This document shows, piece by piece, positions 11,536 through 25,465 of a DNA stretch of 64,000 nucleotides. The stretch's first letter is position 1, and every line of letters starts with the position of its first letter. This stretch comes from Eledone cirrhosa (Eukaryota): NCBI GenBank assembly GCA_964016885.1, contig OZ024741.1, forward strand, positions 199,392,001 to 199,456,000. The letters run 5' to 3'. Below the pieces are notes generated by a model that had not been told where the DNA came from, made no database searches, and saw nothing but the letters and a program-made list of their open reading frames with translations. Position numbers and translations under genes: made by a program.

Positions 11536-13723
11536 TGTAGTTCAATTAAATCATTAAGCTTTTGGGAAGGATTTACTAAAATTCTAATTTTACTAAAGTA
11601 GTATTTGTAACATAACAAAATGTTCTTATATAACAAAATGTTCTTATATAAAATTATGCTGAAAGTCGGCACTCTGGGTTGTTTTGTTTCATAGAATCAG
11701 AGCCAGATTTGAGGGGACTGGTAATGGAAAGGTTATAAAAGCAAAAAGGAATGTTGCAGTTAAGCCACTTGACAGAAACTAATAGTAAAGTTCTTGTGAC
11801 TGTTTGTTTATACTATAAGTTGAACAACATGCACTTTTCACATTTCTAACTTTTATCATCCAGCAAATAAAACTAAAACCATCATTAATAACAAGAACAG
11901 CTGGCACTTGTCAAGCAAATGAAATATAACCATCTTAATGCAGCAAAGCTGCCATTAAAAAGGTTCCATCACTACCATTTAAGTATACTCTTAACAGCCT
12001 ATCATTAAAGTAGTGCAATGTATGCAATCCTCTCAGAAGTTTCCATTGATGGCAGACTTAAATATATATATTTTTTCTTTCTATTTTTATTATTGTTCTG
12101 ACACTTCTCAAAAATAGAATACCTTCCTCAAGTGTAAGCTAGAATTTTCTCATAAATTATATCAGTGTTTGTGTGTGGGGGGAATATTTTGATTTTTCTG
12201 GCTTGACAGTTCCCATATATTTAGCTCAGTGATACTTTGGTGTATATATTTAATATGTCACTGTGTAGTTTATGAGACACACGCTCATAAATGCATATGC
12301 ATACCGATGTACACATGAACATAACAGGGGAATGCTGCATGTAAAGGCTTTGCAACAATTGCATGATCACTCTGTTACTGGCAAAATTCATACATATAAA
12401 TGTGTGTGTACGAGGAGAGAGAGAAAAGCTTTGCTCCGTATGTGTGCAAAGGTGCAATTTTCTGCAGGTAGGATTTAGAACATTGAATGAACTAGATGAT
12501 GTATCATGCACATGTACATCCTTTGACAGAAGACATGAAATGTTTAGATAACTGACAAACGACATTGAATAAATACTGTTAGACATAGGATATACTTATA
12601 GCAGGTAATCATCATCACCATCGTCATAATCTTTGTTTAATGTCCATTTTCCCCTGCTAGCACAGCTTGGCTAAGTTGTCAACAGATCATGTCAGTACTC
12701 AAGCAGAGCTACTACCCATGTTGGCAACAAAAGATTTCTCTCTGTTTTGTAAATGATATGAAGCATGTATAAAAAGTTTGATACTTTATGACAGTGATCA
12801 CTGACTACAGCAATTCTACATTACTGCTTTCAGTCATTAGAATTTGGTCATGCTGGGGCACTGTACTGCTTTGAAGGGATTTAGTTGATCATATCAACCC
12901 CACCACTTATTTTTCAAGTCTTGTGCTTGTTTTATCAATCTCTTTTTAGTTGTACAGCTAAGTTATGGGACATAAAAACACAGCAAATATAAACGTGGTT
13001 ACATACACACAGATACACATATGATGGGCTTCCATAGTTTCCATATACCAAATTTCACTCGTAAGGCATTGGTCAACCCAAGGCTATAGTATGCAACATA
13101 GGGCGACTGGTGCCTAAATCATGCAGCCTTGAAGTGAGCCGTGTATTATTTTTTAGATGTGTAATATTTGCACGTTGTGGTAAAAATGTATCAGCATCAA
13201 AGGCATTGGTTGATATATAAATATATATAACAAGTATTTTAAGTCCATTTTTCTTCTCATCTGTATCCACTCTCACCAACCTCCTGGTTTCCATTCCCTC
13301 CTCCATCATTTTTAGCCATATCTTTCATGGTCTTCCTCTTTCTCTATTGCCTTCCACATTCATTTCCATTACCCCTCTTACCCATCAATTTTGCCCTTCC
13401 TCGACACATGACCCAACTATCCTCATTTCTTTTCACAACATTTATCACTGGCTTTAATCTGATCATCCTCTGTAGTTCCTTGTTTGTCTTCCTCACTCTC
13501 AATAATACTTCACTAATCTATTGGACAATTCTCATTTCCATTCTCTCTAGCCTTGTCTTTTGCTCCACATTCATCACTCATGTTTCACTCTTATAAATCA
13601 TGGCATTTCTCACACATACAGCATACACCTTTCCTTTCAATTTTACCAACATTTCCCTCTTCATTAGCATGTCACTCAGTTCCCAGATCGTCTTCTATGC
13701 TCATCTCATTGAAGCTACATTCA

Positions 13724-13946
<223 letters not shown>

Positions 13947-14136
13947 ATGGATGTTTAAAATACAGTCCTTGAAAGATTCGAACATTGACTTAAATGAGTA
14001 CACAATACTTATGGATAGAATGTAAATTGTATTTTCTAAATTAGCAAAGTGTTTTCTGAGTTTCAGCTTGGTCTCTTCATCTGGTTGCCATGTGTGTCTG
14101 TGTGTCTGTGTTAAACATATAAATATATGTAAACAT

Positions 14137-14470
14137 GGAGGCACATGGCTTAGTGGTTAGAGCATTGGCCTTGCAATCGAAAGGTTGTGAGTTCAATTCT
14201 CAGACCGGGTGATGTGTTGTTTCCTTGAGCAAGATACTTTATTTCACATTGCTCCAGTTTACTCAGCTGTAGAAATGAGATGATAGGGACTGGGGTCCAT
14301 ATCATTCCACTGCAAAGTGGTCGTGGAGGTGCCACGGCAAAAAAAAAAGCACCCAGCACTCACTGTAAATGAGGTTGGTGTTAGGAAGGGCATCCAGCTG
14401 TAGAAATCAAGCCAGAATCAGTTCCCGTCCCACCCTTGCAAGCAGGGAAAAGCGGACGTAGAGGATGAAT
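14137..14470 (+). mobile_element. tRNA-headed SINE with RTE-derived 3' tail (reverse copy at 30776-31100, partial copy at about 36170-36310)
   Basis: Head TGGCTTAGTGGTTAGAGC...GAGTTCAATTC, TCCTTGAGCAAGATACTT core, tail CCCTTGCAAGCAGGGAAAAGCGGACGTA identical to the 3' end of the 49-51-kb RTE. Confidence 0.88.
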
Positions 14471-16636
14471 AAACATGGGATGCACTGACATCCAATGTGA
14501 TGCATACAGATTATGTAAAGAGGAGGAAAGTAACCATGATTTAAGTAGATCAAAAATTCAGGAGTATGTAGTTAAATCAGATCTAATGAGTCACTTAAAT
14601 TGGATAAAATGAGTTAAAAAACATGAATAGATGCTGCTGCAAACCTATCCAATTGAAAACAAGTATAAAGAATTAAAATGATGATGATAGTTATGATAAT
14701 ACAGTTATAAACTTTCTCTCTCCCAACTAAACATGAAATTACACACACACACACATACATATAGAGGTTTCAATCTTCTGGTTTGCAGAGTCATTGCCAT
14801 TATTCTCAAGAAAAAGATGACTGTAGTGACTGTAATCTTTTACTATGCTACTTGAAATATTGTTAGTTTACCAGGGATCCTGTAATTGAATATAGCACCA
14901 TAACTATACACCTAAGTGCTTATTAAGCCTTTCATTACCATATTTCTCATGAAAGTGTTTCAGTTACTGTTGAAAGCAACCAAGAATTGGGGGGTTTAAG
15001 TCAAATAACTTTTCATTAAGTTGACATTTAGAACATAATAGATACGAATGCTTTCAAAATAGACAATTTTTATCAGAGGACCAGCATCAGTTTCAGGTGG
15101 GTTGGTAACAAAATGTTTAAAAGACTACATTCTTTGATATATTTTGTTTATATCAGGACTATGCTGCCATCATTACAGCACAGCATCAACTATTTTATAT
15201 ATATATTTATTTTCTTTTGTTTAAGTTTTGCATTAATTCTTCCAGTATTTACAGTATGTAATGGGTGGCTCAGTGTGAGGATCATTTTGTTTAAGTAATT
15301 AATATTGAATATTTGCTGCAAAGTGTAAAGTTAGAAAGATTTCTAAAATGTTATGAATGTCTTGAGATGCATTTTTTATTTTTTTATTTTTTTTTTTTAC
15401 TATTCACTGGGACTAACAATAATCAGCAATCTACACCATCGCTACCCCAATGTCACAAGCCTAGATAGTGTGGGAGAATGCTCTCTTGTATGCATAACCC
15501 TAGGCACAAGCCCCCTCATGGTCCACTCATAGAGTGGAGAAAGCACTACTCCAGAAATATTCATGTAATTGCATATCTCACTTTCTTCTTCACTCATAGG
15601 ATGAAGCCAGTAATTGATTGCTTTGTGGAAAGCATTTCAAGTGTGCAAGATTTGACATTAATAAGTTTAGTGCCTGAAAGGAACAAAAGCTGAGTGCTGT
15701 AATTCTGTGAGATGTGAATGAGTATTTGCCAAATATTCATCTTCATATGTTGTTCCTAACTTCATGTATCAGTGTTCAAAATTTCTTAAACTTAATCAAA
15801 ATCTTATTATGAAACTTTGTTTGTTTTTTCTTATTTGCTAATATCAGGACATTACTCAAAGTGATTTCTAAGTATCAGACTGGATTAGTTTCAGCTTGAA
15901 TCCTTAAATCAGAGAAATGTAAGCAAAGATTCCTTACTTGAGGTGGAATGGAAATGGTTAAAGTATCAATGAAAATTAGGTTACAGAAATTGGTAAATAA
16001 ATAAAAATAAGAAGAGTGAGAGATTTAGACAAGACAGAGAAAAGGATGCAAGGTTTGCAGGTCAGTATGAACTTGCAGGTAGAAACAAGATCAAAGTGGA
16101 GACATCCTGTGTTTAAATCATAATTATAGTTATTAATATTGATTTCACATAGTGACACATGGCTACAGATTTTCAGAAGAGAATATAGTCAATAGGATTG
16201 ACCCAGTGCATGCCTAGAACTGGATGAATCAAAGGCAAAATCCACACAAACAATTTGATTTCACACCATAGAAGAATGAAACTAAATACTGTTTGGCATT
16301 TAATTCAGTTTCCAACCATTTCTATATAATGTGAAATATATAGAAGTTTATGAAGCAGCTGATTGGCAGAGCTCTTATATTGTTGGCTAGAATGCTTTAT
16401 GGTATTTTTTATGGCTTTCTGAGTTCAAATCCCACTGAAGTCAATTTTGTCTTTCACCCTTTTGAGGTTAATAAAAAAAAAAAGTACCAGTTTAGTACTT
16501 GGTGATTTTACTTCTATATCTTCTCACCTCCTCTTTCTCTGGAATAAATTGATTATGTTCAAACCAGGATAGGATTGGGTTCTCAAAATATGCCATATGT
16601 TACGACAGCACTCCTATGCCATCAGAAGTCACGGGT

Positions 16637-16671
<35 letters not shown>

Positions 16672-16739
16672 TACATACATACATATCATCTGAAATCTCT
16701 GCACACAAAAAACAAAAACAGTGGCTCACAATGTGTTTG

Positions 16740-17810
16740 CTGTGCCTGTCCTAACACCAACGTTTGGAATACTCAATTGGACGATAGACGAAATCTGAGC
16801 AATTGATGTTGAAACCTGAAAAATCCTAAACATCACAGGAAACTTTCACATCAACAATGATATAAACTGCCTCTACTTGAAACATAAGCAGGGAGACAGA
16901 GGCCTAACATCGGTCCTGACATCATTTGAGTGTTGCATCATATCCCTCCAACAACATCTACGAACCTCCAAACGTAGGAGCCCATCTATTGACTAAGTCT
17001 GTCTGCATGAGACAGATAAGATTATGAAACTTGGGAAGGAACTGCATGAAAGATACTCCCTGCATGATAATCAAAAAACCACACCCAGGGAACTTGCTCA
17101 GCAATACCACAGTGAATCCATTAATAAAAAATTGCATGCTTAACAAAAAAATCATGCATGGATATGTTGCCAGGAAGCTCCAGAGTGAGAGTAATATAGA
17201 TAAGCAAAGTAGTCTATCTTGGACCAACACCCATTATATAGGCTCTCACTTTGAAGGATATACTTTTGCAATCCAAGAACAGTAAATTAATACAAAATAC
17301 CTGATTCACAAAAGAGATAGGGATGGAAGCAAAACACCCCAATGTGGCAACAAGTGCAGACTCTGCAGAATTAACATCGAAGATGTCACCCATGTCATAG
17401 GCAGCTGTCCAAAGATGTCATCACAGTACTATCTACCTATGAGGCATGATGGAGTGGCCAAAACACTATACAATGCAATCTGTAGAAAAGATAGCCCCGA
17501 CAATAAACATATTAAAAGTTACAGCCATGTAACTTTCATACTATGTTACATACATAGTATGAAAGAGTATTATATAATATGGTGGAATGTTCCAGTCAAA
17601 ACCCCAATAAAATGCAATAAGAGACCAGATATAATGATATGGGACAAGGAAACGAAGGTATTCACAGTAGTGGAAGTTAGCTGCCCAGCAGATGCCAATA
17701 TAATATTAACGATTAGCGAAAAGGAGAATATCTATGCAGAACTAATGAGGAATCTGCAGATACTCCACCTTATTGGGCCACTGGGATTTGTTAGTAACTG
17801 CCTCAATACA
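16740..17810 (+). mobile_element. R4/Dong-like non-LTR retrotransposon 3' fragment (CCHC knuckle plus restriction-like endonuclease)
   Basis: FGILNWTIDE..CLYLKHKQGDRGL; CRLC..EDVTHVIGSC; MRHDGVA; KRPDIMIWDK..VVEVSCP..EKENIY; internal stops. Confidence 0.85.
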
Positions 17811-17811
17811 A

Positions 17812-18060
17812 ATCTGGTATTTGCTTATCTTCCTGTCCTCTGCATTGCAGGCTGCAGCACCGGGGTTTGTGGCCAAAGTGACTAAGTTGGAAGCGGAGAA
17901 CGTGTCATAGCATATGACCTCCCAGATGAAGGATTTAGCTCCTTTGAATGGGAACCGTTGCAGTGCTTGCCATCTTCGTAGTCGAGACCTGTTGGCTCCA
18001 GTGTGCCGTTGACAAGCATGTTGGAGCAACCGGTCTGCGCTCTGGTGGCATTACAGTGAG
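17812..18060 (-). mobile_element. CRE-like non-LTR retrotransposon restriction-like endonuclease fragment
   Basis: LEPTGLDYEDGK / PFKGAKSFIWEVICYDTFSASNL...PGAAACNAEDRKISKY resembles the CRE-clade EPxGL..DGKRPDG..W..GK.L.WD.T..DT motif. Confidence 0.75.
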
Positions 18061-18984
18061 TGGAGGTCAAAGTCGTCAACGACAATCCCACAATAGCATT
18101 TGTGTGGTTTCGTAAACTATTGAACATCAATATTTTTTTGTGGGACTATGAAATCATGCTAAGGGACATAACTCTGATATAAATACTGACGAGTTATGTT
18201 CCTTTGACACTCAAGCTAAGTGCAGCATAAAAGTTAGTTATTTCCAATAAGAATAGACATTGTCTAGCCTTTAAAAACCTTTAAATCCAAACTCCACGTT
18301 ATTTGGTTGTGTGTACAAAATTTCAGTACATTAGCTTGAAAAATGGTGACGCACATAAAAATCAAACAAACACTCAAAATATTCCGTGTGGTTATACTAT
18401 GAATCTATACACATTTCAACCTCCCACTACTTAAGCATATTAATGAAGCAAGCATCTTATTTTGTGAGACTTTACTATGCATATAGTAAATACACGAGCA
18501 AAACCACACACATATCCAGACATACACACATTATATTTTATGCATGTATGTGTATGTGTGTGCATGCATATATGTATGAATGTGTGTATGTGTATGTGTA
18601 TGCTTGTATGTATGTGTGTGTGTATGTATTTATATATACATATATATATGTACATATGTCTATGTACATATGTATGCATGTATGTGAGTATATATATATG
18701 TATGTATGCATGTATATATTTATTTGTGCATGTATGTATGTGTGTATATATATATGTATGATGCCAGATTAATACCAATGATATTCCCAGGTAGATATTT
18801 TGGGGTTTTTCTCTATATTTTGCAGTGTTCCATTAGAGGGTAACATTGCAGGAATGTTATCTGCTTCTTATGGCTGCATCTATGGTGGTGCATGTGCAGT
18901 GCAGGCACAACATGCAGTTTCTCAATAAAGTCACACACAAACACGTACACACAGGAACATTTTTCTCTTATACTCATTAATGCA

Positions 18985-19490
18985 CAGAACATACATTTTG
19001 CACCTCTCAAAGGCGATGGCACATGACCGAGACCTCTGGCATAACGCCTTGCTTCCCTGGGCATGGATTCTTTGAAGCTCTGACGTCTGGCAACGGATTT
19101 GGTAAACACCCACAAAGTTATTAACCATCTTGCCAACAACAACCCTGAGCACCTTTTGATCTCCATGTATCTAACACACGTGGACATGCCTACAAAGTCA
19201 GAAAACAGCACAGCTCCCATGACTTTTGGAAACATTTTTTCAAGCTCAGAGTTGCTGAAGCATGGAACAAACTGCCTGCGTCAGTTGTTAGTTGCCGAGA
19301 CACTGCATCCTTTAGAACCCTCATGCTTCCCGAAATTCGCCAAAACTACACCTGATGTCCCCCTTCCATACACATGCACACATGTGTATATCATGACTCA
19401 TGCACTGTTCATTTTCCTGGCGTTTTTTACATTACCCTATGTACTATACATACACTTTTGATGAGTTGTAGTGCACCTGAGCACTGTACA
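18985..19490 (+). mobile_element. CR1-like LINE 3' fragment
   Basis: LGMDSLKL*RLATDLVNTHKVINH..NTRGHAYK..FWKHFF..RVAEAWNKLP, the typical CR1 ORF2 C-terminus. Confidence 0.8.
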
Positions 19491-19529
19491 CAATATTTTC
19501 ATTATATTATTATATATAATACAGAAGAC

Positions 19530-19940
19530 CGACTTCCCACGTATACAAGCCAAAGCTGAAGCATATAGACAGCATCCTCCCTCCCACTGCAAAGTGGTCG
19601 TGGAGGTGTCACAACAAAAAAGCATCCAGTCCACACTGAAGAGTGGTCATGTAGGCGCCACGGTTAAAAAAGCACCCAGTACTCAATGCAAATGAGGTTG
19701 GTGTTAGGAAGGGCATCCAGCTGTAGAAATACAGCCAAAATCAGTTCCCATTATGGGAAAGACATGGTAACCCGACCTGGCATTACCCACAACAGGACAA
19801 TCCATCTAATCCATGCTAGTGTGGAAGAATGGACGTAAAATGGTGACGATGATGATGATGCTGATGATGAGGGTAATGATGGTGACGGTGATGGTGGTAG
19901 TGACGATGATGATGATGATGATGATGATGCTGATGATGCT
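19530..19940 (+). mobile_element. RTE 3'-UTR/SINE tail with (GAT)n; similar tails at about 36950-37065, 42050-42262, 51600-51840(-), 59543-59700(-)
   Basis: GAGGTTGGTGTTAGGAAGGGCATCCAGCTGTAG...CCATGCTAGTGTGGAAGAATGGACGTAAAATGGTGA matches the 3' UTR of the 1088-2135 LINE. Confidence 0.85.
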
Positions 19941-20137
19941 GATAGGTAATGTTGAGTGGAGGGATGCTGTACTGAAAGGATTTGTCCAACTCATGCAAGT
20001 ATGGAAAAATGGAAGTAAAAACAATTATGATGATGAGGAGGAGGATGATGAAATGTGTCTCACTGTGTGTGAGTGTGTTTACACACCCTTGCTAGACAAG
20101 AATACATGCACTAATTGATGATGAAGACGATATGTGA

Positions 20138-20177
<40 letters not shown>

Positions 20178-20457
20178 ATTTATGGGTATTTCAGTATAAA
20201 ATATATTGCTATGTGTACATATATGTGTTTACATTTGTATGAATGTTTACATGTTAGTGTATCTGTATGTGTGTGTGTTTGAGTTGGTTTTCAAAATTTT
20301 ATATTTTAGCTGTGAGCAATCTGATAAAGCACATGGAAACTGATTGTGATCTGTAAAATAATATCTGTCTTTGATGTATTAATCTACTAATGTAGTACAT
20401 TGAAACAGGTATTAAAATACATATGAGTTGAAAGGTGACATTATTGGACTACCAATA

Positions 20458-20651
20458 GGGGGGTGGATTGGCAGTATTGGTAGAGGGTCGGACGCCATGC
20501 TTTGCAGCAAAGAGTTACGGCCCTTTATGGTCTGAGTTCAAATCCCGCCAGGGTTAACTTTGCCTTTCATCCTTACGGGGTCGATAACATAAAGTACCAG
20601 TAATGCACTGGGATAATTGCTGGCCTTGTGCCAAAGGTAGAAATAATTATT
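20458..20651 (+). mobile_element. Meta-domain tRNA-SINE
   Basis: Highly similar to 4918-5098. Confidence 0.85.
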
Positions 20652-20849
20652 GGACTACCAACTGAATCAGAATACACACACACACACACATACATGCATG
20701 CATAATTTTTTGGCCAGGTTTAAGTCTTTCATCGTTTTGACCCTGACTCCAAGGGCTTTAGTTGATTATATTGGTCTTAAAAGTTTATCTCAATATATAT
20801 ATTGAACCTATAATAGATGAAAGGCAAAGTTTGACTTTGTTTTTTTTAT

Positions 20850-21930
20850 AATTGGTTGCTCTGGAGGAGGAGGCAAAGCTGATGACCTTCACAGTCACTC
20901 CAAGACCAGTGAGATTGATGCCCTAAATATTCATGCTGATATTTGCTGATGTCCAGAGCAAAAATATTGTTTCTACTAAATTTCTCTTGAATGAGAGCCC
21001 ACTGATTAGTGACATAAAGTAGTGACTCCAGTTGAGCTAGCTTTATGGAATCTGTAGTGGTGGTCATTATGAAAAGAAACAGTTGTCATTGTTAATGGCT
21101 GTCTCCATTGGGATATTGGAAGTTAGTGCAATAGGACAATAGTTGGCAGGATCAGATGGATTTCTATTCTTGTGAATGGGAAACAAAATACAAGATAGCT
21201 TTTTATTTGATGCATCAAATTTGTTCAACTTTCCCTTCATCAATATTCATGTGCGTGTGTATTTGAAAAATGATAAAAATGACTTCTCTAATGGTTGATA
21301 TTCTTAAATGATAGTAGTTGTGCTACCTCTAGCAATTGATAGAGTTTTTCACTTTCCAAAGAATTTTCAAAATGCTCTTTTGCATAGAACATCAGAGATG
21401 TTTGCAATTGACAGAATTCAAAAGAAGGTTCTTTTCTGAACATACTTAGGAGGAAAATTTATGTTCATTGCAATATTATACTTGTAAAAAAAGCAATTCC
21501 CCACACTGATAGCACATTCTTTGAGCAATCTTCATTTTATTTTTCATTGCTAGGGTTTTGTGTTTCATAAAATGATAACACCATGATGTATGACTTGCAA
21601 ATATTTTAAATTATTATCATCTACAACTTTCTTTGCTTTAAAATTGATCATATTAGTAGAAACAAAAATGTTTACTTTCTCTGATCTACAGCTCAAACAT
21701 AAAATACATATTCAAGATCTTTTCATTTTGCTTTTTTCCCCCCTCAGAAATTGAATTTATCACCTCTAACCATTTTCAATTTTTCCTCATGATCACGCCA
21801 AGAACAAATCATTTTCTCCATTGGGTGAGGGCCAAAATGTCTTTTGGCTGCTATATTACCATGATGTTTTGCATAATTTCTCACATTCAATTTAACCTTC
21901 CTTCTGTAGACATCATATGGTAACATAGTA
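20850..21930 (-). mobile_element. pogo/Tigger-like transposase remnant
   Basis: N-terminal Brinker-like HTH (KLNVRNYAKHHGNIAAKRHFG..EKMICSWR), CENP-B-like ASHTSWCYHFMKH and NIDE remnant; many stops. Confidence 0.65.
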
Positions 21931-22214
21931 TCCCACTTCTTCTATTTAATTAAGCCTAAAAGTGAATGATATTTGCACCATGTTGAAGGGTGATTAGTGT
22001 ATATTTACATATGCTTTCAACCATTTATATTATCTATTATTCATTTGTTTGGTTTTTCTTCAAATTAGATACACTTTTTCAGTAGAAAATATATCAATAT
22101 TGGTATTAAAATAAAATATACTATGCATGCCTGTTTGAATATACAGCTATACTTGCTGTAAGGCATCCTCAATCTCATGCTCTAACAGCTCTGTCAACCT
22201 GCTGCCCTTAACTG

Positions 22215-23180
22215 TTTGGTTTTGCTTGATTAACAAGTCTAATGAGCAGATTGGGCTGGAGTCAGGCCTATAACATTAACATGGGTCCTGAGCCACCCAT
22301 CTGTGAGATGGTCATAACTGTGCATAATCAATACAAACCTTAATATGAAACCTCATTTTGTTCTTAATATATATATATATATATTTGAGAGGGATAAATT
22401 GTTGTGTGTGGGAGAGGAGACTGCGGTGGTATGGACATGTGATGCGCATGGAGGATGACCGATGGGTTAAGAAGTGCCAAGAAATGCCAGTTGAAGGAAG
22501 ACATAGTAGAGGAAGACCACGAAAAACATGGGCGGAGGTGGTGAGAGCAGACCTCAGATCGCTGAAGCTCGCGGTGGAGTAACCCTAACCCTTAACTGTT
22601 AATTGATATTTGCTGCCCCATAAAAGGCAAAATTAACTTCAGCAAGATTTGAATTCTCCATTTTCTCCTACCCTCTTTTGATATTGCCAGATTGGTGCCT
22701 TGATATCATCATCATCATCATCATCATCATTTTACATCCGCTTTTCCCTGCTTGCAAGGGTGGGACGGGTCCTATTCAGCACAGCATCTCTCCACTTCTC
22801 ATGGTCCTTCGTCATCTCCACCGTGAGCTTCAGCGATCTGAGGTCTGCTCTCACCACCTCCGCCCATGTTTTTCGTGGTCTTCCTCTACTATGTCTTCCT
22901 TCAACTGGCATTTCTTGGCACTTCTTCACCCATCGGTCATCCTCCATGCGCATCACATGTCCATACCACCGCAGTCTCCTCTCCCACACACAACAATTTA
23001 TCCCTCTCAAATATATATATATATATATTAAGAACAAAATGAGGTTTCATATTAAGGTTTGTATTGATTATGCACAGTTATGACCATCTCACAGATGGGT
23101 GGCTCAGGAGCCATGTTAATGTTATAGGCCTGACTCCAGCCCAATCTGCTCATTAGACTTGTTAATCAAGCAAAACCAAA
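22215..23180. repeat. Long inverted repeat (about 365-bp arms, about 237-bp spacer) containing an RTE 3' fragment
   Basis: 22215-22579 versus 22817-23180 with about 3 mismatches; the full RTE end with (GAT)n tail is at 22705-23010(-). Confidence 0.95.
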
Positions 23181-23335
23181 ATTTCATCAGATGGCATCTC
23201 ACCCCAAACAATGTACACACACACACACACATATATGGAGACTAATCACTGTGCACACTGAGAGACTTACTCCCAACCACACTCAGATATACATATATAC
23301 CCCCACCCACAGATACATGCTCATCTACGACAATG

Positions 23336-23373
<38 letters not shown>

Positions 23374-23525
23374 ACCGCTTGGCGCCGCGGTCGGTATTTT
23401 ACATATCTCTCTCTATCTCTCTCTCTCTCTCCCTATATATATATATGTGTGTGTTTGTTTGTCTATGTTTATATATATATATGTATATTTACATATATTC
23501 ATATATATATATATATGTATATACA

Positions 23526-23596
<71 letters not shown>

Positions 23597-24855
23597 TTAA
23601 TTGTAATTTTACACATACATAATTATATGTATGTTTTTGTGGATGTATGTTATTTGAAAAAATGGATATGTATATATTTGTGAGTTACAAATTCTTATTA
23701 TTTCCGTTCTTTGTATGTATCACCGTTATGCTGTTATTTCAATGTTATTAATGCTGCATATACTATTATTACATTGTATAGTATATGTTACCACTTTCAT
23801 CATAGCCTGTTTTTCTTCTATCTCTCTTTTTCTCTAGTTTTCCTTCCATCTAATCTATCAGTTCATCCATCCAGCTAATCTGTTTGTTCACCCATCCAGC
23901 TAATCTATGTATTGATCCATCTTACTGTTCTTCCAGCCATTTGCCTCACTATCTTATGTTTCAATATCTATCTTTCTATCTATCTATCTCCCCCCCCCCC
24001 CCCTCTCTCTTTATCTACACGTCTATCATTCTGATATCTATGTATATTTGTCTGTCAGTTAGTCCTTGTTATTTTCAGTAATATCAATAAGCCAGTAATG
24101 AATGAATCTATATCTGATTGTAATCTTAATTGTTTACTGATTAGGAAAAAAATAAAAGAATTTATTTTCATATTCCTTTCTCAATAAAAATAGATATAAG
24201 CAGTCATCAAGTTGTTTAGACTTAAATCATTCAAAAATCTTGCTTCACTATAATTGAGATTTACTGTTTACACTTTAATGGAATTGCTCTTATGTTGTCT
24301 TTCTTTCTCACATACTTACTTGCTTTTCCTTCACAGACTATTTGCAAACTAAACGTCTCATGGATTAGTCTTCATTCTGGCTAGTATTATTTCTGCTACT
24401 AATCACTCATATCTCACAAGTCTCTCTCTTCTTCTTTATTATTATTTTTTTTTCATTCTTATTTATATCCCAATTGTTTGTATGGTGGTAGTGGAGTGAC
24501 AGCAAGAGGGGGGGGGGGGGGTAAAAATTGAAACAGAAAATATTTAAAATAAAATCAAATAATTTTTATAAAGCTCCTCCTAGCACATTCCCTGTAAAAA
24601 TGTACCATTCATTTGTATTAAATTTACATTGATTAACTAAGGGTTTACTCTTACTCTTTATATGATGCTTTTGTTGTTGTTGTTGTTGTTGTTGTGTTCC
24701 AGCAATGATTGCTGTCTTGTTTGATAATATCCCTATAATGATCTGAGGAAGATATATAGATGGTGAGTGTGAGTAGTAGTAAGAGAAGCACTCAGGAAAG
24801 AGGAGAGAAGCACCAACACCGGCAACTACTGCTTTAACATACAGCATGATTGTAG

Positions 24856-24897
24856 CTCTCTCTCTCTCTCTCTCTCTCTGCCTCTCTCTCTCTCTCA

Positions 24898-24925
<28 letters not shown>
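24856..24925. repeat. (CT)n/(GA)n tract upstream of a unique-sequence island
   Basis: Directly visible. Confidence 0.95.
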
Positions 24926-24928
<3 letters not shown>

Positions 24929-25119
24929 ATGGTATAGAGGAGATGTTACTGCTTTCAGCATCAGACAACTGTTTCAGTGCACCTACTGCTGCTGCTGTGC
25001 TGCTAACACTGCCACAGTTTTTCAGTAGTGTTGTAAGAGGGTGCAGCTAATAGCGGAACAGATTTCACTCAACTTTCACAACTGGTGAAATAATGTAGAG
25101 GAGGTTTCAGTCTTGAAAA

Positions 25120-25465
25120 ATGAACAGCAAGTCTGGGATGAAGGTGTGGGCCAGGAGTAAAACACTGAAAGGTATGAGAAAGAAATCTGCTCAAGGTAGT
25201 AGAGTGATGGCTCCAGCTTGTGAAACAGTACCACCAGTATCAGTACTAACACGTTCCCCTTCCGTTTGCTTGATACGATTAACCACACCAACATTCCCAG
25301 CAACAACAACTACTACAACAACAACAACACTGCCTCTACCAGAGCTATGGACCACATTGGCACCTGTTCCCTACCTGATCAACAGCTGGCCGCAATCTCT
25401 CACCAAAAGACTGCGATAAATTGCTCTTACTCGACAAGCATTACCCCTTATTATACATATCAAAG
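25120..25465 (+). other. Candidate host-gene first exon (unknown product)
   Basis: Non-repetitive island after (CT)n, overlapping short ORFs, donor-like AAG|GTAAAT at 25465/25466; no recognisable homology. Confidence 0.25.

Noticed and set aside
12210-12472. Possible exon ending CAG|GTAGGA
   Set aside because: No convincing reading frame or homology; splice signals alone are insufficient
14137-14210. tRNA gene
   Set aside because: SINE head only: A/B boxes but no proper acceptor or anticodon stems, and it continues into a repeated SINE body
18161-18204. CTGACGA within the AAGGGACATAACTC/GAGTTATGTTCCTT hairpin
   Set aside because: No downstream GAAA/stem III; the hairpin more likely belongs to a DNA-type repeat
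22580-22592. Interstitial telomere array
   Set aside because: Only two TAACCC units; kept only as junction filler in the inversion finding
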